This document shows positions 29,039 to 43,329 of a stretch of DNA of 64,000 bases, piece after piece. Origin of the DNA: Eledone cirrhosa (lineage: Eukaryota); contig OZ024742.1 of the NCBI GenBank assembly GCA_964016885.1, positions 7,874,001 through 7,938,000 on the forward strand, in the 5' to 3' direction. How positions within the stretch are numbered: the stretch's first letter is position 1; every line of letters starts with the position of its first letter. The notes below the pieces were generated by a model. The model searched no databases. It saw only the letters and a program-made list of their open reading frames with translations, and was not told the origin of the DNA. The translations under genes were made by a program, and so were the position numbers.

Positions 29039-29453
29039 TAGGAGGTGAGTTTTATTGTAGTACAATAAAGCAATGCAGATATCGGATAAGAAGCACTCTA
29101 CAGTTTGTAGGACTGGAGTATACATAATATAAGATCAAAAGATGGTTAAAGGAGTTCCATGTATTTTACTATGCGCATTTCAAAAACAAACATCATCATG
29201 CAATAATATTTTTGTTTTCATCAGATAAAACAGGAGAACATGATATGAAGGTTAAAAAACACTTGTGGATAGTGCAGTTTTAAATCATGTTGATTTAAAA
29301 CTGCACTATCCACAAGTGTTTTTTAGCCTTCATATCATGTTCTCCTGTTTTATCTGATGAAAACAAAAATATTATTGCATGATGATGTTTGTTTTTGAAA
29401 TGCGCATAATAAAATACATGGAACTCCTTTAACCATCTTTTGATCTTATATTA
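29039..29453 (-). mobile_element. Palindromic PLE terminus (family I): ~163-bp arms, 3-nt loop centred at 29289. Second copy at 36186-36603 (centre 36437)
   Basis: Near-perfect inverted arms, each with an HHR; extra ~85-bp tail on the left arm. Confidence 0.85.
29346..29416 (+). ncRNA. Type I HHR, family I. Copies at 29162-29232(-), 36494-36564(+), 36310-36380(-)
   Basis: TGTTTTAT-CTGATGA-stem II (AAACAAA/TTTGTTT)-GAAA-TGCGCA-TA-ATAAAATA; palindromic stem III. Confidence 0.8.
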
Positions 29454-29469
29454 TATTTATATATGTATT

Positions 29470-29500
<31 letters not shown>

Positions 29501-29527
29501 ATATATATATAAATATATATATATATT

Positions 29528-29558
<31 letters not shown>

Positions 29559-29762
29559 ATATATATAAATATATAAATATATATATATATAAATAATGAA
29601 CTTTTTTTGTTTAATATAAGGAACTGTTTCATTGTTTTATTCATTATTTTTTTAATATTTTATATTTATATATATATTTATATATATATATATATTTATA
29701 TATATTTATATATATTTATATATATATTTATATATATATTTATATATATATATATATTTATA

Positions 29763-31498
29763 TAATATTAAATAAATGGAAAACTATATTTATAAAACCA
29801 TATTTATTTCATTATATATATTTCGGGGATATCATATTAACAATATGCTATGCCTTCATCAGACAAAATACAATATAAACAGTTTTATAGATAAATAGAT
29901 TCGACATACCGTAATAACACCGACTTCATTTGAAGAGGTTTACGCTGGCAGTGAAAACATTTTTATACAGAGAGAAAGAAAGAGAGAAAAAAGAAAGAAA
30001 GACAAAACGAAGAAAAGGAAGAAAAAGAAGAAAAAGAAAAAGAAGAAATGCATGGAACAAAATAGAGAGATGGAAAGATAGATAAAGCGAAGAACTTCAT
30101 GTAAAGAAACAGAAAGAGACATATATATATAGAGAGAGAGGAAATAGAGATAGATACATATATATATAGAAAATTAGGTAGTGGGAGGTCATTTTGAGTA
30201 AATGTATCAATGATACATTTATTTATTTATTTATTTATTTAGCTCAGGTATTAATGTAAGGGAGATATATATAGAGAAAAAAATATAGAGAGAGGAAAAA
30301 ATAGCGAGAGAAAAAAATTTAAAAATAGCCAGACATATTCGAGGCGCAAAAAAACCCTATGTTTTAATGTATTAGTATTTATAAAACTTCCACTATATTG
30401 TAAATATCAGCATTCCTGAATGAGACAAGTATCCATAATGTGTGAAAATTAATTATCTTATGTTTAGTTTAAAAAAATTCATATGTTTATGTGACAGCTA
30501 CAAACATCCATGCGAATCCAACTGATTCACTCTGCAAACTCTAAGTTCACGGAAAACATTCTCAATGTGGTATAAACATTTGAGCGTATTATTATTCATG
30601 TCATTACTCTACAAGATTATCTATCAAGCAGAAATAGAGAGCAGATTTCAATATATTAATAAAAATATATATTATAAACAAAACTAAAAATAAAAGAAAA
30701 AGATAACAATAATAATAATAAGTAAAAATATAGAATAGAAAACTAAAAAAATATTACGAAAGAATATTACATAATAAAAATATTACATATTAAAAATACT
30801 ACGTATTAAAAAATATTACGCATTAAAAATTTACATATTAAAGATATTAAAAATAAACTAAAAAATAAAAAATAAAAAATATTATAGAATACTACAATAA
30901 TAAAAAATAAGAATAAAAATAAAAATAAAAATAAAAATAAAAATAAAAATAAATAAAAATAAAAATAAACCACAAAGAACAACCCTTCAAAGTTAATTGA
31001 CAATATATTGCCAAGTTCATTACAAGACAAAGCCAAAAATTATCTATCAAATCACATCTAGCAAAGAACATTTCAAATAGATTATGATGTCCAATTAGGT
31101 CTACATATGTTCTTATATTTAATATAGAAGTTTATCTAGTGTAAGGTTAATTCAAAAAATTTGGAGCATCAGCTTTTAGGGTAGCTTAATTTTTCATGAG
31201 GAATGTTTAGATAAAAATAAAATAAAAATGAAAATAAACAATAAAAAAAGAGTAAAAAGAGGGAATCAAAGATTTAGGATTCAAAAAATTTATCGGCTAG
31301 TTTCCCATATAAATATAAATCAAACTAAATATACTACATTTTAAATTTAAATTTATATTTAAACGTTGAGTTTAATCTATAAATATAGTTTTCCATTTAT
31401 TTAATATTGTAAACATACTCCAAATATTTGTCGAGTGCTTTTATATCAGTTATAAATATTTACTAGTTGTAACCCAACAATTTTAAATATAACTTTAC
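29763..31498 (-). mobile_element. PLE family A copy 2 (29763-31377, minus) with inverted, extended tail 31378-31498(+)
   Basis: Matches 7870-9270 in reverse; ATAAATATAGTTTTCCATTTATTTAATATTG recurs inverted at 31379. Confidence 0.72.
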
Positions 31499-31717
31499 AT
31501 GTATATATTTATATATATATTTATATATATATATATATATATTTATATATTTATATATATTTATATATATTTATATATCTATATATATTTATATATATAT
31601 ATATTTATATATATATTTATATATATATATATATATTTATATATCTATATATATTTATATATATATTTATATATATATATATTTATTTATATATTTATAT
31701 ATATATATATTTATATT

Positions 31718-31749
<32 letters not shown>

Positions 31750-31777
31750 CATATATTTATATATATATATATATTTA

Positions 31778-33698
31778 TAGTATACTAGGGAGAGGATCAG
31801 GGGTGTATAACACTCCACTTATCCAGCAGGCAGTATAAGGTTAGCTCGATGTCTGAGGACAGAGCCGTGATATAATAAATAACAAAGAACGCCTATAGCA
31901 TATGCATATCTTTACTTGCTAACATTGTTTCATCCGCACTATAAGTGGGACTCATCAGAGCATAAAGGTTAATTACATACCACACAAACAATAACAAATC
32001 CAAGACATTGAAGAACGAAAAATAATAGAAGATAAAGGATATTAAGGAAAATAAAAATAAAAATAAAAATAATAAAATAAACAATGAAAAATAAAAATTA
32101 AAAAATAAGAAATAAAAAATAAGGGGTGCTATCGGTCACAGTTGGGCGGGGTGCTGTCAACATATAGTTACATACAAGCATACACATGGATAAGAGAACA
32201 GACAAGAGTAGATAAGATAGATAGGATTAGGTAAGAGTAGGTAAAAAATAGGTGAAAAATAGGTAAAAAATAGACTTATAATATATATAAGAAAATATAA
32301 AAAATATAACAAACAACATATAAAATATAAAATATACAGATAATAGTGATACAGGGTAAGGAATGAAATAAAATAATATAAAATTAAAATTAAAATTATA
32401 TAAAATAGAACATAATATAATATAATCATAAAATAAGATAAAATAAAATAAGGTAAACTAAAATAAAATAAAATAGACTAAAATAAAATAAAATAGACTA
32501 AAATAAAATAATATAATATAAGATATAATTAAATATAATTAAATTAAATAAATAAATTAAATAAAATTAAATATATAAATAAAATTAAAAATTAAATAAA
32601 TAAATAAATAAATAAGTAAATAAATAAATGAAATTAAATAAATAAATAAATTAAATTAAATGAAATGAAATGAAATAAAATAAAATAAAATAAAGTAAAT
32701 TGAGATAAGATATATATTTTTTTAGAATATATTTCTTGAATATATCAGGGGCCCACGAAGGCACTAAGTGTCACAGTTATCAGTATCACTTGACCATTTT
32801 TTTAGAAATATTGTGACACTTAGTGCCTTCGTGGGCCCCTGATATATTCAAGAAATATATTCTAAAAAAATATATATCTTATCTCAATTTACTATATTTT
32901 ATTTTATTTTATTTCATTTCATTTCATTTAATTTTATTTATTTATTTATTTAATTTCATTTATTTATTTACTTATTTATTCATTTATTTATTTAATTTTT
33001 AATTTTATTTATATATTTAATTTTATTTTATTTATTTATTTAATTTAATTATATTTAATTATATCTTATATTATATTATATTATTTTATTTTAGTCTATT
33101 TTATTTTATTTTAGTTTAGTTTACCTTATTTTATCTTATTTTATGATTATATTATATTATGTTCTATTTTATATAATTTTAATTTTAATTTTATATTATT
33201 TTATTTCATTCCTTACCCTGTATCACTATTATCTGTATATTTTATATTTTATATGTTGTTTGTTATATTTTTTTATATTTTCTTATATATATTATAAGTC
33301 TATTTTTTACCTATTTTTCACCTATTTTTTACCTACTCTTACCTAATCCTATCTATCTTATCTACTCTTGTCTGTTCTCTTATCCATGTGTATGCTTGTA
33401 TGTAACTATATGTTGACAGCACCCCGCCCAACTGTGACCGATAGCACCCCTTATTTTTTATTTCTTATTTTTTATTTTTTATTTTTCATTGTTTATTTTA
33501 TTATTTTTATTTTTATTTTTATTTTTCCTTAATATCCTTTATCTTCTATTATTTTTCATTCTTCAATGTCTTGGATTTGTTATTGCTTGTGTGGTATGTA
33601 ATTAACCTTTATGCTCTGATGAGTCCCACTTATAGTGCGGATGAAACAATGTTAGCAAGTAAAGATATGCATATGCTATAGGCGTTCTTTGTTATTTA
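31778..33698. mobile_element. ~1.9-kb palindrome of PLE family C 3' end (main arm 31778-32810 minus, inverted arm 32811-33698 plus)
   Basis: ~890-bp inverted arms homologous to ~53420-54508; HHRs at 31910-31967(-) and 33607-33664(+). Confidence 0.88.
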
Positions 33699-33715
33699 TT
33701 ATATATATATATATT

Positions 33716-33786
<71 letters not shown>

Positions 33787-33797
33787 ATATATATTTA

Positions 33798-33836
<39 letters not shown>

Positions 33837-33839
33837 ATT

Positions 33840-33893
<54 letters not shown>

Positions 33894-33951
33894 TATATAT
33901 ATATTTATATATATATATATACATATTTATATATATATATATACATATTTA

Positions 33952-33984
<33 letters not shown>

Positions 33985-33986
33985 TA

Positions 33987-34024
<38 letters not shown>

Positions 34025-34188
34025 AAATATATATATATTTATATAAGTTAATAAAATAATGAATAAACAAAGAAACAGTTCCTTATATTAAAAAAATTCA
34101 TCATTTTATATATATATATATAAATATACATATATTTATATATATATAATTATATATATATATATATTTATATATGTATATATATATT

Positions 34189-34221
<33 letters not shown>

Positions 34222-34246
34222 ATACTTATATATGTATATATATATT

Positions 34247-35958
<1,712 letters not shown>

Positions 35959-36028
35959 ATTTATTTATATATATATATATTTATATATATATATATATAT
36001 ATTTATTTATATATATATTATATATATA

Positions 36029-36129
<101 letters not shown>

Positions 36130-36617
36130 TTATATATATATTTATAAATATATATATATATATTTTTATATATATATTTATATATGTAGGATGTGAGTTT
36201 TATTGTAGTACAATAAAGCAATGCAGATATCGGATAAGAAGCACTCTACAGTTTGTAGGACTAGAGTATACATAATATAAGATCAAAAGATGGTTAAAGG
36301 AGTTCCATGTATTTTATTATGCGCATTTCAAAAACAAACATCATCATGCAATAATATTTGTGTTTTCATCAGATAAAACAGGAGAACATGATATGAAGGC
36401 TAAAAAACACTTGTGGATAGTGCAGTTTTAAATCATGTTGATTTAAAACTGCACTATCCACAAGTGTTTTTTAGCCTTCATATCATGTTCTCCTGTTTTA
36501 TCTGATGAAAACACAAATAGTATTGCATGATGATGTTTGTTTTTGAAATGCGCATAATAAAATACATGGAAATCCTTTAACCATCTTTTGATCTTATATT
36601 ATATTTATATATATATT

Positions 36618-36648
<31 letters not shown>

Positions 36649-36649
36649 T

Positions 36650-36680
<31 letters not shown>

Positions 36681-36715
36681 TTATATATATTTATATATAT
36701 ATTTATATATATATT

Positions 36716-36747
<32 letters not shown>

Positions 36748-36780
36748 TATATATATATATATTTATATATATATATCTAT

Positions 36781-36938
36781 CTAAGGCGGGGAAAATTCCC
36801 GAGATCCATGGACGAGTTCTCTCCAGCGGTCTCCGTCCCTCATTATCGCTGCCATATCCTGCATCTGCAACAGACCAGTGTCTGTCCTTAGGGCATCAAC
36901 ATATGTTAACCTTGATCTTCCTCTTCTAGTGTGTCCAT
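36781..36938 (-). mobile_element. 3' stub of an RTE-clade LINE
   Basis: Translates as [51 protein letters not shown], typical of the RTE ORF2 C-terminus, and runs directly into TA. Confidence 0.75.
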
Positions 36939-36989
36939 ATATTTATATATCTATATATATTTATATATATATTTATATATATATATATT

Positions 36990-37040
<51 letters not shown>

Positions 37041-37041
37041 T

Positions 37042-37076
<35 letters not shown>

Positions 37077-37199
37077 TTATATATGTTTATATATATATAT
37101 ATATATTTATATATATGTTTATATATATCTATCTATATATATTTATATATATATTTATAAATATATATATATTTATAAATATATATATATTTATATATA

Positions 37200-37324
<125 letters not shown>

Positions 37325-37377
37325 TTTTATATATATTTATATATACATATATATTTATATATATTTATATATATATC

Positions 37378-37637
37378 AGTGTCTCTCTCTGTTAGCCTCT
37401 TCCTCAACCTTCACTCACTCATTCTCTTTCACTGCCTCTCCTCCTCCTCTTTCTTCCCGTTTGACCTGTGCGTAATTCTTTTCTCTAGCACGCTCGGCCA
37501 AGCTGGTCGGAATTTTTTCTCTCTCTCGTCTACGATTTCACAGAACTTATGTTTACCGAATTCGCAGACCAGACCCCTTCTTCTTCCCGTTAGACCTGTG
37601 CGAAATTCCTTCCTTGCTCACATTTCAACCAGGTTTG
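37378..37637. repeat. Unclassified CT-rich interspersed repeat; longer copy at 54575-55122
   Basis: Two near-identical copies sharing the left end; internal duplicated TCTTCCCGTT.GACCTGTGCG.AATTC. Confidence 0.6.
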
Positions 37638-37657
37638 TATATATATATATCTATATA

Positions 37658-37764
<107 letters not shown>

Positions 37765-37825
37765 TTATATATATATTTATATATTTATATATATATATAT
37801 TTATATATATATAGATATATATATT

Positions 37826-37862
<37 letters not shown>

Positions 37863-37898
37863 ATTTATATGTATATATATATATTTATATATATATAT

Positions 37899-37932
<34 letters not shown>

Positions 37933-37957
37933 TTATATTTTTATATATATATATTTA

Positions 37958-38036
<79 letters not shown>

Positions 38037-39443
38037 TTATATATGTATATATATTTATATACATATATATATATATTTATATATGTATATATATTTATAT
38101 ACATATATATATATATATTTATATATATATTTATATATATATTTATATATATATTTATATATATATTTATATATATATTTATATATATATATATATATAT
38201 ATAGGAACCAGTAAGACCCCGACAGCTGAGCTCAAGCCGTTTCGACGGGGTCTTACTGGTTCCTATTACCCACTCTACTACCTCAAGTATTGAGTACTTT
38301 GGTGCGTTATGGTCCACCTGGTTCCTTACCACATTTCCTTCGTTATATATATATATATATATATTTATATATTTATATATATATATATATTTATATATTT
38401 ATATATATATATATTTATATATATATTTATATATATATTTATATTTATTAAAATAACAGATTAAAGTTTAAGCAAAGAATCGCTGCTTTCACCCTTAACG
38501 GCATCTTCTGAAACTAACAAAGTCAATCTGTAAACGCAGAAGTGGATATTTCAAAAAACGTTGCAACCGGAGGAAGACAGGAAGACGATACTTTGGTTCG
38601 TGGTAACGTTCGCTGGCAAAGAACGGGAAAAAACGAATAATACGTCATTAATAGGAGCGGTGAAAAACAATTACGCACAAAGACAAAACCACGTTCATGG
38701 TATAAAAGAGGTCGTAGTCTAATGTTCTCTTAGGTGGTGCATATAGACGTTCTCTGGCAATGAGCGAAAAAACGAAGATAATTAGTCATATGTGGAGCGT
38801 GGAGAACAAAAGCACGCAAAGACAAAACCACGTAAATGGTATAGCAGAAGTCGTAGACTAAAATTCTAGTTAGGAGACCAAATGAATCTCCGCTACAGAG
38901 TTAAGAACAAAGTAATTAAATACGATACAGAAGTAATAGAAACAAATAAATACATACACGCAAACAGATACGTACATACACAAGCATACACAAAACCTTA
39001 CCATAGGTATACAAAACCACGCACATATAAATATGTGTGTGTGTGTATGCTTGTGTACAAATAAATAAATAATTATATAAACGTATATAAGTAAATAAAT
39101 ACGTATATAACAAGCGCACACACACACCTACATATAAATACACGAATGTTCGGAGACGTAAGTCAACTAAAACAAGAAGTACACATATACACACACCCAC
39201 CATACGTACGAACCTGCATACTCACTCGGACGCAAAACTCCCGTATACACATAGCCAAACCCTAAATACCAGAATATGTAAAAATGATACGCCATAACAG
39301 TCAAATATACGTACGAGAAGGTATACATACCTTCACAAAACATATGGGTAATATATACTTACCTATGCAAATAAGTAAAGGAATAAACAAAACATATACT
39401 TAGCTCCTACATCAAGACGTAAAATATCCACGTATAGATCGTG

Positions 39444-41230
39444 CTATCCGTTAGGGTATAACGTGGGGCTGTAATACAGGAAAGTTTTGTGCAATTTATG
39501 TTTACAAGCCGAAATTGCCTCAGATTTTTTGTTTAAGATGTGGTCTGTGGCGTAGAGTATTTCCAGGGCCTCAGCGGCGCAGAGGTCACATGGTCTTTTA
39601 TTTCCGTTATACGATCTAGCCCTAGCTAGGATCTCCCAGTGTAACTTATATTGGGTGTGGTTGTCTTTTAGACTGCAGATATAAGCTGAAAGTGACGTCA
39701 TATTCCTTCTTAGAGGGTAACGAAAAGAATGGGTATGCATGTAAAGACGCTGCTTGAAACTATTGGCGGTTAACCCTTTGTAGGCCCTACGGGAGGTGGG
39801 TGTTACAACCTTACATTTGTAGACAATGTTACTAGAGAGGCATTTCCCGGATAGGGGGCAATCAGCCCGATTCCTACAATTACAGTTAGTACTAACTACA
39901 GGGTTGCATGTATTCCTACGGCTAGGTATTTTAGCTAAATTTGAAGCTGTGGTGTTATGTGCAAGGTTAGGAGTCGTAGAGTAAGAAATTTTAATAGTAT
40001 TTCTATTAAAAATTTTACTATATTTATGTGTAGGGGGAAAATGCTTCGTAATAAGGGAAAGAAAGATCTTAGCTAATGGTGTGGCCACCTCCATATTATA
40101 TGGTGGGTTAAACCAACAAATGCGACGGGATCTATTTCTTCTAGGTCTATTTTCATACTCTGTATATGGTACCTTATCGACAAATCCTCTTCGAGCAAGA
40201 GCTTCATTGAAATAAGTGGAATGGTCGTTGAAAATGCGCTCGTTGGTGGAAAGACGGGAAAGCCTCAACGAAACGTTTCTTACCAGGTTCTTGGTTATGC
40301 TGGCAGGATGGTTGGAATGCTTACTTATGTAATTAAGCGTATCATTCGGATTTCTATACGGGTAATACAACCCATTCAATAAATTGAGGGTAACTTCGAG
40401 GTAATTAACGACCGAGAGATTGGCCTCAACCTGTATAGAGAGGTTGAAGCCTTTAAAGAAGGCTGTGAGTTCTTTTCTGAACCTGTCGCAAGCACGAGGT
40501 CCGCACTTAGTCATGGTCAAAAGACCATCGTCACGGTACAAACCACCGCCCGCGTTGGGGAATTCGTCCTTGATAGAGAAAAGAAGGAAAAGGCCAATAA
40601 GATCAGTAACCTCCGCAGAGTCACTGGCGCCCATACTCACGTCGAATGGGGTACTATTGGATGTTTTAATCCAAATAGAGTCGTCGAAATTAATCACTGA
40701 CTTTCGGGCATTAAGGATGACATCAACTTCAAAATCCTTAACCACTGTGAGTGTTTTAGCGAAATTGATAGCTCTAAGGAGAAGTGGTAAAGTGATGGAC
40801 GAGTAGTAATTGTTGATGTCGAATTGGATAAAACGGCAATGTTCCTTGTTACATATGCCGTTGAACCAATCAATCACCGCGAAAGAATTGTTCCACAGTG
40901 CGAGAGGGGCCAAACTTCTAATTTCAGGTATAATTCTATCAAGAATCGTTTTACTAAGTCTACCTAAATCGGACTTCGTAGGGTTAATAAGCCGAATAGA
41001 TGGGTTGTTCGGAAAATTGGATTTGTGATCCTTCAGGGTAAAGTGGGGAGAGATAGGGTCCAGAGGTTCGGTCCGGTCCAGGATGTTGAGATCAGATGTG
41101 ATTTTAAACCCAACATCGTTGATTTCATTGATGACGCACCGATTAGTTTTACGGTAATCCTTAGTTACAGCATTATGTAGTAGTTGATGGTAAGTACTGC
41201 GCTCCACTTGATATAGGTTGCCAGTTTTGT
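39444..41230 (-). CDS. PLE RT + GIY-YIG, 5'-truncated at the (D)KTGN motif; YIG motif altered to YKG
   Basis: KTGNLY, LKDHK, RLINPTKS, QFDINNYY, SMGA, LYRDD, SNHP, WFNPPY, CNCRNRADCPLSGKC, VYKC..YKGLT..FKQR. Confidence 0.88.
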
Positions 41231-41457
41231 GCCAGAGAACGTCTATATGCACCACCTAAGAGAACATTAGTCTACGACCTCTTTTATACCATAAACGTGG
41301 TTTTGTCTTTGCGCGTAATTGTTTTTCACCGCTCCTATTAATGACGTATTATTCGTTTTTTCCCGTTCTTTGCCAGCGAACGTTTCCACGAACCAAAGTA
41401 TCGTCTTCCTGTCTTCCTCCGGTTGCAACGTTTTTTGAAATATCCAGTTCTGCGTTT

Positions 41458-41533
41458 ACAGATTGACTTTGTTAGTTTCAGAAGATCCCGTTAAGGGTGA
41501 AAGCAGCGATTCTTTGCTTAAACTTTAATCTGT
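41458..41533 (+). ncRNA. Type I HHR motif with CAGAAGA (U4A) core, family F. Copies at 35840-35915(+), 34547-34622(-), 38456-38531(-)
   Basis: Stem I ACAGATTGA..AGTTT/AAACT-TTAATCTGT, stem II CCC gttaa GGG, GAAA, stem III GCA/TGC, CUU site. Confidence 0.65.
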
Positions 41534-41699
41534 TATTTAAATAAATATTTGCTCTACGGTTCTTATATATTTGATATATATTTTCCTTATCGAGCCCTCT
41601 TTGGATTTTAGTCATCAATTTTATTATTATTACTATATATATTTATATATATATTTATATATCTATATGTATATTTATATATATATTTATATATATATT

Positions 41700-41806
<107 letters not shown>

Positions 41807-41869
41807 TTATATATATATTTATATATCTATATATATTTATATATATATATATTTATATATTTATATATT

Positions 41870-41900
<31 letters not shown>

Positions 41901-42017
41901 TTATATATATATATATCTATATATATTTATATATATATTTATATATATATATATATTTATATATATATTTATATATATATTTATATATATATATCTATAT
42001 ATATTTATAGATATATT

Positions 42018-42050
<33 letters not shown>

Positions 42051-42103
42051 TTATATATTCATATATATATTTATATATATATATATTTATATATATATAT
42101 ATT

Positions 42104-42134
<31 letters not shown>

Positions 42135-42145
42135 ATTTATATATT

Positions 42146-42179
<34 letters not shown>

Positions 42180-42659
42180 TATATAAAATATTAAAAAAAT
42201 AATGAATAAAACAATGAAACAGTTCCTTATATTAAACAAAAAAAGTTCATTATTTAACGATCGTTTCTAGGACATATATGTGTTAGAATTGGCATGCACA
42301 TTCAACAGATCTATGTACAAAATTATACAAAATTATATAAACTATCAAATTTAATATGCATACCAACACATACATATGCCATCTTCAGAAATAATGAAAT
42401 ATATTTATTGATAATAACAACAATTCAAAATTACATGTCTGTTTGGGAACAGAGTTCAAATTGACCAATGAAATACACAAAAATATATCCAGAAAATACA
42501 GTTAGGTGTGTGTATATATGTAAGTAACTTCGTTCACAGATATGCATAAACATATATGTTCACATGCATACGCATGTCGAAAAAATGTATGTAAATACAA
42601 ACATTCAGGGCTAATGTCTCCGTATGTTTATAATCTACAGATAAAATACATACACGTAT

Positions 42660-43265
42660 GGTGGCTGCCAACTCGTTTTCGAGTACGGCCACTACTTTAT
42701 ATCCATGTAGGAGAACCCCTACCGATGCGCTGAACGAGTGTGACTTTTTAGTCCAGCCAGCGACTTGAAAACTCTGGTACAAACACTACACTTGTGACAA
42801 TTACTGACACATAGTGCTGGGCCCATGGTACCATGTGACGACAAGTGCAGAGAGATCTCCAGATATAAAGCAATGCCTGTGCCGTGAAGCTTTTATAGTG
42901 AGCAAAGGCACTGCACAAAGCCAGTCCCACTCTCTTAACCAAGATGATATTTACCAAAAAGAAGAACAAGTCAACATCATTGGATACCATCAGGGTTGCA
43001 GGTGTTATATCAGAGTTTTCCTTCTCCTAGAATTCTGCCCCGACAAAGGCTAAGGGGTCATCTCTCCCGGTGATTTTGGATGGCCATTGACTCTTAAGAG
43101 CTCCTTTGCCCTTTAACAGGTTTTGTTTTTAGTCCTGCAGGATGTCCAAAGTCACCCTCCTCACCAAGAAACCTTGGTGGGGTTGCCAGTTTAGTCGCCA
43201 ACGACCCGACCATGGGACAGGTTGTACTGGGATACATGTTACCAGTAGCACCAACTGGTGACCTG
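42660..43265 (-). mobile_element. 606-bp bipartite non-autonomous RTE-type element with 12-bp TSD (ACATACACGTAT)
   Basis: TSD at 42648-42659 and 43266-43277; empty site visible at ~47783-47794; RTE-like 5' UTR (GGAGAAGGAAAACTCTGA) joined to a terminal C2H2 finger HKCSVCTRVFKSLAGLKSHTRSAHR* (42719-42796). Confidence 0.82.
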
Positions 43266-43329
43266 ACATACACGTATATAAACATATATACATTCATATA
43301 TACACACATAAACATACATTCACACAGAT

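Larger units (their letters stand above)
38443..41633 (-). mobile_element. PLE family F copy 2: body 38443-41230(-) plus inverted pLTR 41231-41633(+)
   Basis: 41231-41540 is the reverse complement of ~38450-38758. Confidence 0.92.
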
